Source of the DNA: a bacterium
GTDB lineage: Bacteria; Electryoneota; AABM5-125-24; Hatepunaeales; Hatepunaeaceae
Direction of reading: 5' to 3'
Assembly (NCBI GenBank): GCA_013202285.1
Contig: JABMRV010000113.1
Location: 1-45,219, forward strand
Length of the DNA: 45,219 bases
In this document: piece by piece, positions 41,401-45,219 of the stretch
Position numbering within the stretch: position 1 is the stretch's first letter
Layout: every line of letters begins with the position of its first letter
Program-made: the position numbers and the translations under genes
The notes under the pieces: generated by a model
What the model was told of the DNA's origin: nothing
Database searches by the model: none
The model's input: only the letters and a program-made list of their open reading frames with translations

Positions 41401-44400
41401 ACCCAAGTGGAGTCGCATCTCATTTTCACAATAGCGGCAGTGGACCCCGACGGCGACAACATAACCTTCGAAACCGAGAACCTGCCTGAGGGTGTATTAC
41501 TGGGAGACCTTTTCGTAAACATGGGTGCTACGTGCGTCGAAATCGAATGGACGCCGACTTTCGAGCAGGTTGGTGTTCATGAAAACATTATCTTCTTCGC
41601 CTGGGATGACGGTGACCCTCCAAAGTTTGCTTCAGACACTATGACCATAACGGTGATAGGATATAATCGTCCGCCGGTTCTGGATGAGATCGGGCAATTA
41701 GGCTGGATCTACGGACATGAAAGTGTCGAGATTGAGTTCCAGTTAACGGCTGACGATCCCGATGGTGACAACCTTACCTTCGAAGTCGAGAACCTTCCGG
41801 AGGAAGCAACCATTGAGGGTGACATGTTTAGCTGGACGCCGGATCCCGGTCAGGCAGGCACTTACGATGGAGTGATTTTCCGAGTTTGGGATGACGGCGA
41901 TCCTTCGTTGTTCGATGAGCAGGTTGTAACCTTCCGAATCAGTGAATTCAACCGACCACCGGTGATGACGGATATAGAAGATCAGGTCATACGGGCGGGA
42001 GAGGAATTTGTCCTTGAGATTGAAGCTTCCGACCCGGATGGAGACGACATTTACTACCTTGTTTACCGGAAAGATATGCTTAATCCCCCACCGTGGCCAG
42101 AAGGGATAGAACTTGAAGGCAATATTTTCACTTGGACGCCTGCCTATGATCAGGTTGGGGATCACGAAGGTATTGTATTCTTAGTCTATGATAACGGTCC
42201 CGGCTTTTTGTCAGCCAGCGATACGATCACCATAACCGTTACCCCTTCCAATAATCCGCCGGTGTTTACTAACGTAGGGGATCTCGAAATTACTGAAGGA
42301 GATGAATTTATTCTCCAGCTTGAAGCGGAAGACCCCGATGGTGACGACCTGATCTACATAGGCTATCGCCCTGATCCCAACAATCCCATGTTTTTTGGAC
42401 TTCTTCCTGACGGTGCAATGATGACAGGCGATAATTTCAGCATATTTACCTGGACGCCAACCTTTGATCAAATCGGAGTCTGGGAAGACATAATATTCCA
42501 AGTCTGGGACAACGGTATGCCGTCGCTGTTCGATGGGGATACGATTACCATAACCGTCAAACCAATCAATAGCCCACCAGTGTTTACCGACATAGGGGAT
42601 CTCGAAATACCTACCGAAGCGGAATTTACTCTCCAGCTTGAAGCGGAAGACCCTGATGGTGACGATCTGATCTACATTGGCTATCGCCCTGGTCCCTTGG
42701 GTTCGGCACCGCTTCCTGACGGTGCGATGATGACAGGCGATGATTTCAGCATATTTACCTGGACGCCAACCTTTGATCAAATCGGAGTCTGGGAAGATAT
42801 AATATTTGAAGTCTGGGATGATGGTATGCCATCACTGTTCGATGGTGAAACAATCACCATTACAGTTTTCGAGGGTAATTATCCTCCGGTTCTCTCAGCG
42901 ATCGGAGATCGGGTGGTCGATCGAGGTGAGGAATTAACCATCCGGCTTGAAGCTGAAGATCCTGACGGTGATGAATTGAAATTTTCTGCTGAGAATATGC
43001 CGCCGGGAGCGACTCTTGTTGATGACCTGTTCAGTTGGACGCCTGGTTTCTATCAGCACGGCGAATGGGAGGATATTGTCTTCAGAGTGAGCGATGATGA
43101 TCCCGATTACCCCGCAGTTGACAGTGAGGCAATCATCATCACTGTCAATGTACCTGTTATAAGAACTTCACAGGATGCTCTTGAATTCGGCTGGGTATGG
43201 GTAAATCGATATGCAGGCGCAGGTTTGCTAATCAGAAACACCGGCAGCGATGACCTGACTATCTCGGATATTATTGCAGAAGGTGAGTATTTCTACTACG
43301 ATTTCCGCGGTGAGATTGTGATTGAACCGGGCTGGGATCGCTATATAACGGTTTCCTTCGTTCCTGAGGATGTCGGTGAATTCAACGGAACGCTGACAAT
43401 TGTATCCGATGATCCTGAAAATGAACAGATTGAAATAACACTAACGGGTTCCGCTGCATCGAGAATGGGGGAATCTGCTCGCGATGTTGTAGTACGCGGA
43501 GACTATGCCTATGTAGCCGATACCAGGAACGGGTTTGATGTAATAGATATTTCCGACCCGGAAGATCCGGTCAGGATTGCCACCTTAAATACATACAGAG
43601 GAGGCATGGGACTCATGCTGGCGGGTGAGTACGCCTATGTGGCATGCGGTTATGGCGGTCTTTACGTGATAGACATTTCCGACCCTGCGAATCCGGATTC
43701 TGTCGGTGGTCATAGAATTCCGGGAGTTGCACGCTCTGTCTTTGTAGTCGATGACTATGCATATGTTGCGGCTGACTCAGCCGGACTACTCATATTTGAT
43801 ATCTCCGACCCGCAGCATCCCGACTCCGTTGGAAGATTCAATACTCCCGATATGTCTCTCGGTGTAACTGTAGTCGGTAATTATGCTTATGTTGCCGATA
43901 TGGAGAGCGGTTTTCGTGTGATAGACGTATCTGATCCTCGCAACCCGCGCGAGACCGGCAGTTATAATACACCCGGTTTTGCCATGCATTCCGCTATTGA
44001 TGGAGATTTCGCCTATGTGTCGGATATGAACGGTTTTGTGGTGATGAACATCTCCGATCCGCAGGATCCCAGGGAGATCGGGTTTATCAGCCTGCTCGGA
44101 GCTGAGAGCCATACTGTTCTGGTTGGTGAGTATGCGTATATCGCATGTAATCAAAGTGGTTTGCGTGTTGTGGATATTTCTAATCCAATGTTTCTCAGTG
44201 AGATCAAAGTTTATGAAACCCCCGGCAGAGCATATCGTACATATATCGAGGGAAATTATGCCTATGTAGCCGACGGTGAAAGTGGCTTGCGGATTATCGA
44301 CATCTCCCCGACGATAGATGTTTCACCTGTGGAGTTGAATTTCGGTGAGGTTCTCGGTGGTGAAACAGCAGAGGATGTTGTCAACATCGGAAATAGTGGT

Positions 44401-45219
44401 GGATTGGTTTTGACGATCTCCGACGTGCGCTTTACCGGTGAAGGTTTCTGGGCTGATTTTGATGAGAGAATCGATGTTGATATTGATGACGATGAAATAC
44501 TCGGAGTGCATTTCGAACCGTTGTATTCCGGTGGTTATGATATCGAAATGATCATCACAACGAATGATCCGGACAGGGAAGAGGTGATCGTTCGATTAAC
44601 GGGATCCTGTGCAAATGGACAACCGGTGCTCGAGGAGATCGGTGATCTTTATATTCCACCGGAGGAAGGGTTTACGCTTCAACTTGTAGCGCATGATCCG
44701 GATGGCGACAACCTTACATTCGAGGCTGAACGGCTGCCGGACGGTTCGACTCTGGAGGGAGACGTGTTCACGTGGACGCCGCGAGAGGATCAGACAGGCA
44801 CACACTGGGGAATAGTATTCCGCGTCTGGGACGATGGAGATCCGCGTCTATCTGCCGAGGAGACGATTGATATTACGGTAGGTTCGGATAACCGCCCGCC
44901 GGTGCTGACGGACATCGGCGACCTTGAGCTTAATGAGAGCGAGGAATTCATCCTGCAGTTGGAAGCTGTCGATCCGGACGGTGATAATCTAACATTTGAG
45001 GCTGAGAACCTGCCTGAGGGATCGACCCTCGAAGGTGATATTTTCAGTTGGACGCCCGGTGATGATCAGTCCGGCATATATCCCGACGTAATTTTCCGTG
45101 TCTGGGACGACGGTGATCCCCGGTTGTCGGATGCGGATACCATCAGTATAACGGTGTACGATGTAAATCGCCCGCCGGTATTGACTGACATCGGCAACCT
45201 TGAGCTAAATGAGAGCGAG
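26500..45219 (+). CDS. Giant (>6240 aa, runs off the window) acidic multidomain surface/adhesin-like protein
   Basis: ATG 26500 follows AGGGAGG and gives the signal peptide MRSTTFSGIAVLLLLFIMSISSDA. The segments I translated by hand stay in one frame to the last codons (LTDIGNLELNESE), and the ORF track lists nothing terminating in this frame. Modules: 3 beta-helix units, a NIDO-like domain, ~10 ASH/choice-of-anchor-D Ig domains, 4 propeller-like units, a unique ~435-aa domain, 7 LVIVD repeats and ~19 cadherin-like/putative-Ig repeats. Confidence 0.92.
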   Translation, partial: MRSTTFSGIAVLLLLFIMSISSDARIRNVPNEYETIQAGIDAAWEGDTVLVQPDTYLENLDFIGKNIVVGSLYLTTGEESFIRATIIDGDNSGRVVIFRTGESSEAVLCGFTLRNGTAPWGGGIYVNASNGACTPTLDHLIITQNNASRYGGGIYSTQGASPILVNVTVYGNSATDGYGGLGTFAIASTAIITNSIFWDNEPFDIAGSLTITYSDIEGGYGGEGNIDQDPLFVDQDNSDFRLTENSPCIDTGDPDSPNDPDASRSDMGALFYNQGNVRVFVVPDEYGTIQEAIDAADVGDTVLVNSGTYTENIDFIGKDIVVASLYIYTSDEDYIHETIIDGDQAGSVVTFNNGETEDAVLMGFTLQNGQSDDQGGGIFCESASPTLVALEIENNRARMGGGIHLYDSNARLEYIAIIQNSAVDNGGGIFCEESSPAISNCTIAGNSAGDLGGGFYFAHSYPVLTNCILWSNDPEEIEEDGFDDDYITVTYSDVRNGWNGEGNIDADPLFADPDNGDIHLTWANWRDEDETRSPCIDAGDPGRVEDPDETPADMGAYYWHQEPYRAIIQINPMSIDAQISTGETEIHTVNIANQGDTLLIFQTGIDITLEPELLPRRDRRGGPDEIEYEWRDDDEEDGPDYNWIDVSNEQDVVEIGMGNDTWHGPFDLGFDFEFYGITYSSIKMCSNGWASFTRSGINHSYNGWDELPCESAPEDFLAVAMSDWNPASGGEYFFWTNDEIAVLTWENVPHYTGMGSWTFQIVLTVGGMIKYQYAETGSPDGAQLVGVQNNDKTLGFEILRDEEDYLIPGRVIGISRVWDEWIRIVPAEGDIDIASNSDLDVIINAEALVEGNYGADIHFLSNDSENPEVVVSVSLEVVGIPVIDVVWDNEIGYPDSVDWNSAYDPLLAGYGYDITISVLNDGSAELSVDSVRIDNDVFQVADDVFTVSPGNPYELEVTLRSDEEGRQDATLTIYSNDPDRPNYDLFLTGTTIILAPDIDITWDEAAGYPDVVDWNLVFSELYSTAPYDIPVVIRNIGNRALEITDITSDNIAFSADADYLLLEPDETREVVLTFQADESGEYNAEITVHNNTQTNPEYPISVHASALNPPVIDLDPESVTDSLYVGLFVSHTITVTNEGEAELRFSIDHEIVNEPGQDEVERSLRRINQHVPERDDAGDELYQVDHPFGASQYLNLAHDPENNWMWVQQYLSSHRMIAWDLEGFDPDAGDPPEIRADWDNPGNNTMDIAYHNGVIYVVELWGQFLGRYDVDGNDLNQLNIDLDGTSANGVAVDHDNELLLVGSQTNGGLYVFDLDGNHIATTGDIRQMIDGNPFHSIEWVSDHRDGQLWVNSQGLAWQVAVDTDNWEFIGNDAVQTFNTHSATQYDGIAHDGYNLWIAAFNQSNIKVYDDGIYESWIYYTPNSGTLADLEDLEVILTLDARGKAEGSYEANLVFSSNDPLSPETLLNVRLFITETPSLTVEWDIDFGFPDEVNWNDAYPDLYNDTPYDIELTLINNSGDAINVDAIDFAGAGGQFYSADRDQFSIATGEQTTITVTLEAGESGNHPSTMTIHSDAPGIGEYPVELTGQTLSAPAISIDPENLHDDLITGEVAYHNLNIANGGESQLRFTITSVSISEPERDNLERVLRPAGGKSAPYRDDLGEIVDQVAFNRIGSGAYKNGIAWDWDNRWMWLSSYNPQGIGAVDPSDNYQEVRWVDTNERPMGTGWHNGLLYVEFWPNNYLTLFDSDLNEKRTIDLVSRATAMDCADDFIIYITDTNWNIEIMDYTGNSIATIQANDYRGLINNGTPRSLCWVDEHSEGQLWLNTTRHIWQLDIDTDNWEVNGLISDFVWDNGSEDWDGIGHDGSNLWLGARAQSDYFIVDDGVTELFWLSTDITEGEIAGESNLDVTVILSARWLIGGDYVGQLVIDSNDPINSEVIFPVTMTVEDAPDIEVTWDEDYGYPIEIDWNLVEPGGIYTNQTYSFTVRAYSSGVTTLEVDETSVDDEAFSADADAFTLEPEEYLDIELTFDPGRDGEYNAVLTFLSNSEVHPELRIDMHATVENAPEIRVSPVEITETLRIEETAQHNITVENLGDALLRFDTEIEILSEPERDYNHRALRRIDGSTGLRRDDLGEVLATVNWSNAGANDYKGGVAWDWDNQWMWLTTYTNNMIGAVSFSDDYEEVVEEISWNSTQPMGAAVMNGVLYNIHWTQQTLDRWDFDGNSLDPLAIGGIQTPTALASSPDQNILFVMEGLNNFVIHVLEVDGDNVNEIGVIDWRQGALSGQGSRSINWVDKHPDGQLWINTSGHIWQLLVNAEDWEVVEIAQDFDFDNGGDQWCGIGHDGHNLWLGARTRADYAIVDDNITELYWLMLEPRDGEVPSGENNSMDLTLTLNATGLIEGRYEADIHFLSNDPFNQVVDVNVVLNVVPAPDIEISWGFVDPEESDLVDWNRFHAEMFAGVEYRVPVSVRNVGGATLDVSEIISDVGEFSADPNQLSLNPDEEVEIEFVLFDQQAGEFNGVMSFISNDPDEGEFTLRLHALTTPPPQIELDTYEILTELEIGDEEYHPVNIANTGLVELRWWSSIEVMNEPDRDRFDRSLRRIDTGAHGRRDATGDVVTTFSWGRSGSGIHKAGITWDSDNEWMWLTSFNRDYLGAVDPADDFNEVIAWQPDGQHPMGAAWIEGNIYIVNWAQNWLGIWDSDGNNLGSFDSPVHPLSVSATGEYLLIMTDTGNRDISVLTLEGEIIGTIDDYQQFINGESASFEWVDLHPGGELWVNTPGHIYQIDVDENWQATGLMQDFEWAGNQVWDGIGHDGDNLWLGGWNQAEYIIVEDGIEELHWLTILPSRGIVDAESNMDFVLTLSAVDLVIGIYEADLHILSNDPDDSDLIVYVYMEVNETEVSVEPDHLDFEDVILWQSSIMDITVRNLGNTPVTVTDVSVIGEYFSTDFAGEFTIQPDNVELIAVEFAPEEEDDFIGRVTISTDVQDQAEFIVDLSGSGIYENHAPVVDEPIDDVVVDEDFNPFIVVDLDDVFSDPDLDELTYTAVSDNVNLTTSIIDLSLLQIDSAPDWNGQAEVTVTAEDGSEERDAGPVRRLRAVVRRHPPRRDLTAQTAFTVTVRPINDSPEWVQVPESVEADENEAIQFIVVGRDVDSDITISYQSADLPNDVGYNFDGDDTGTFTWQTDNNDAGSYTATFTLSDGEDNVVADVLIDVNDVNRPPVLTGIGNLELMEWIEFTLQLDANDPDGDNLTFEAENLPAGATLVDDLFSWTPDNDQVGVYNNIIFRVWDDGDPRMSDEDTITITVNQVGTPIISITPAELYFSLLRVDESKDLTLKIFNFGNAELTVSEITIQGDYFSSDFGGEFVIQAGDSSEVVVTFAPQEVGVLEATMTIISDDPSIGNLTVSLTGIGRQSELRVNETGSLLEFFAGNEENCAYDNWISHVSEAYYSEDDYDDNMEPAPPELDMENNDFGSYQIVDDLLDADQILSDWSFIFRSLINDNPGAAETRLANSWFSNHYDLVELDDDGKAYYILREGLNNDFDGNFSDEAGDDVYGSFDLGWGLYIFNPSAANPSVVIEMVHPCYDFTAPHIAVDAFINIDAGLFFAAGASRMKVFDGDEYDVNNSLSDPSRIARSPLHEAHKAAVDLIDDEFVIQVHSYDVDKHPNSKPIELSAGHDNSNGYPYDDYDEKPNQPLMDVDYYYDILSITPLYPVPQDFYGQHQAVRVEDFFAANYQYYDLADYYYNGGNIRIYDHVDLPGSAINVQSIYSHDRNRYDPANGLENWLHIEMDEFPDVIKDQNLGGTVHGSLLEFYDVNVNSPAVPTHVNFAPVVQFYRPLFEAVRTYYDHPRLHHVPGDYDTIQEAINASFGGDTVLVHPGTYVENIDFIGKNIIVGSLYLTTGEVEYIDSTVIDGDANGGSVTRFINGETESAILTGFTIRNADTDYGGGVYIRGSSPTLDHLVITENRTSARGAGIYATSGSNPVIAHVTAYGNIAQQGNGGINVFNNSGADIVNSIFWGNEPVGLSADLSVTYCDVEGGYAGTGNIDNNPLFVDADNDNLHLGGGSPCIDTGDPDSPTDPDNSRADMGAFYFLDEELPDISLSSDTLDFGVVEIGQNRVLILTISNIGGADLRISDISVDNNRFNTDFENTEVIEPDGSYQLSVTFHPETSGDYTATLTITSNDPDESVLDVGLIGTGANRAPVLTVIGDLELTEGEEFTLQLDAIDPDGDNLTFEAENLPLGAELNGDMFSWTPGDNQAGTYNGVIFRVWDDGDPRMFDEETITITVNETNQQPVLTHIGSLSLDESEEFTLQLEASDPDGDNLTFEAENLPEGATLENDLFIWTPRDDQIGIYMGVVFRVWDDGDPRMSDEETIIITVGDVNHPPDFPEIGVWSMNETEYFSRTLRATDPDGDNLTFEAENLPEGSALEDDLFTWQSTFDQSGTYEDVIFRVWDDGDPRLSAEQSVTIIVFNVNRPPVMEPLGNYEVDECVELVIQFEWSDPDGDNVSFVADTLPEGAVIEGDVFRWTPDSDQIGTHDIAFLALDDGDLPMWSFPPRPCTITVNLANNPPVLMEIGESGWIYGQEGYEIEFQLFAFDSDGDNLTFEAENLPEGATLEGDMFNWTPGLVQAGIHEGVIFRVWDDGTPSKSDEQVVSIWVLEFNRPPVMTDIEDQVLTGGLEFVLEIEASDPDGDDLFYEAYQGDFAPLPPGANMAGSVFTWTPSNDQAGDHEGIVFRVWDNGPGYLSDADTITITVLEGNRPPVLSEVGEAGWIWGREGVEIEFQLIADDPDGNNLTFEAENLPEGATLEDDLFNWTPGLDQADTYEGVIFRVWDDGDPSMFDEQVVSFYIGEFNRPPVMTDIEDQVISAGEELVIEIEAFDPDGDDLFYHVYAQPLQELPVGMEMEGNIFTWTPDYDQVGDHGGINFGVWDNGPGYLHVNKTITITVLDANQPPIMSVANVITQVESHLIFTIAAVDPDGDNITFETENLPEGVLLGDLFVNMGATCVEIEWTPTFEQVGVHENIIFFAWDDGDPPKFASDTMTITVIGYNRPPVLDEIGQLGWIYGHESVEIEFQLTADDPDGDNLTFEVENLPEEATIEGDMFSWTPDPGQAGTYDGVIFRVWDDGDPSLFDEQVVTFRISEFNRPPVMTDIEDQVIRAGEEFVLEIEASDPDGDDIYYLVYRKDMLNPPPWPEGIELEGNIFTWTPAYDQVGDHEGIVFLVYDNGPGFLSASDTITITVTPSNNPPVFTNVGDLEITEGDEFILQLEAEDPDGDDLIYIGYRPDPNNPMFFGLLPDGAMMTGDNFSIFTWTPTFDQIGVWEDIIFQVWDNGMPSLFDGDTITITVKPINSPPVFTDIGDLEIPTEAEFTLQLEAEDPDGDDLIYIGYRPGPLGSAPLPDGAMMTGDDFSIFTWTPTFDQIGVWEDIIFEVWDDGMPSLFDGETITITVFEGNYPPVLSAIGDRVVDRGEELTIRLEAEDPDGDELKFSAENMPPGATLVDDLFSWTPGFYQHGEWEDIVFRVSDDDPDYPAVDSEAIIITVNVPVIRTSQDALEFGWVWVNRYAGAGLLIRNTGSDDLTISDIIAEGEYFYYDFRGEIVIEPGWDRYITVSFVPEDVGEFNGTLTIVSDDPENEQIEITLTGSAASRMGESARDVVVRGDYAYVADTRNGFDVIDISDPEDPVRIATLNTYRGGMGLMLAGEYAYVACGYGGLYVIDISDPANPDSVGGHRIPGVARSVFVVDDYAYVAADSAGLLIFDISDPQHPDSVGRFNTPDMSLGVTVVGNYAYVADMESGFRVIDVSDPRNPRETGSYNTPGFAMHSAIDGDFAYVSDMNGFVVMNISDPQDPREIGFISLLGAESHTVLVGEYAYIACNQSGLRVVDISNPMFLSEIKVYETPGRAYRTYIEGNYAYVADGESGLRIIDISPTIDVSPVELNFGEVLGGETAEDVVNIGNSGGLVLTISDVRFTGEGFWADFDERIDVDIDDDEILGVHFEPLYSGGYDIEMIITTNDPDREEVIVRLTGSCANGQPVLEEIGDLYIPPEEGFTLQLVAHDPDGDNLTFEAERLPDGSTLEGDVFTWTPREDQTGTHWGIVFRVWDDGDPRLSAEETIDITVGSDNRPPVLTDIGDLELNESEEFILQLEAVDPDGDNLTFEAENLPEGSTLEGDIFSWTPGDDQSGIYPDVIFRVWDDGDPRLSDADTISITVYDVNRPPVLTDIGNLELNESE
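29480..35200 (+). repeat. Four ~480-aa super-repeats (Ig + split Ig carrying a propeller-like insert) within the giant ORF
   Basis: Period about 1430 bp. Recurring motifs WV..H..G(Q/E)LW.N and GI(A/G)HDG.NLW, each unit closed by G.Y...(L/I)...SNDP. Confidence 0.85.
39106..43150 (+). repeat. 14 tandem ~92-106-aa cadherin-like/putative Ig repeats (related copies at ~35865-36420 and 44613-45219)
   Basis: Consensus N.PPV...IG.......DPDGDNLTFEAENLPEGA......F.WTP..DQ.G....I.FRVWDDG.P. Units start at 39106, 39382, 39658, 39934, 40213, 40498, 40789, 41074, 41365, 41665, 41950, 42250, 42568 and 42877. Confidence 0.9.
43470..44310 (+). repeat. Seven LVIVD repeats (likely a 7-bladed beta-propeller) within the giant ORF
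   Basis: Repeated G(D/E/N)YAYVAD..GL.V(I/V)DISDP..P, seven times. Confidence 0.88.

Noticed and set aside
42250-42876. Diversity-generating retroelement template/variable repeat pair
   Set aside because: Both copies are in-frame tandem domains of one gene, the differences are not restricted to adenines, and there is no reverse transcriptase in the window.
26500-45219. Dozens of short minus-strand and alternative-frame ORFs in the track, suggesting a gene-poor or degraded region
   Set aside because: They are shadows of the single giant + strand ORF. Their repeated text simply mirrors its repeats.
1-45219. tRNA, rRNA, transposase, phage or known defence genes
   Set aside because: None were recognised by eye. 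A covariance-model scan (tRNAscan or Rfam) was not possible, so small RNAs cannot be excluded.

Overview
Bacterial chromosomal window from a lineage that uses a type IX secretion system (T9SS). Canonical sigma70-type promoters and Shine-Dalgarno sites point to a non-Bacteroidetes member of the FCB group (inference). From left to right it holds: a multi-hairpin palindromic element; ispG and ispH of the MEP pathway, where ispH appears to start at a CTG overlapping the ispG stop; a convergent ptsI; a nested REP/MITE-like palindrome; a LamG/propeller protein with a T9SS type-A CTD; three unrelated small two-TM genes, each preceded by the same non-coding repeat; a 2372-aa beta-helix plus ~17 Fn3-like protein divergent from sprA (T9SS translocon); fabH; and a MATE transporter. 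From 26500 to the window end runs a giant ORF of more than 6240 codons that the ORF track misses because it has no stop in the window. This acidic surface protein is built from beta-helix, NIDO-like, ASH/Ig, beta-propeller, putative Zn-hydrolase, LVIVD and cadherin-like modules, with six Arg-rich linkers that look like programmed cleavage sites. The best candidates for undescribed biology are the repeat-framed small-gene array (8013-8860) and the Arg-linker, split-Ig plug-in design of the giant protein.
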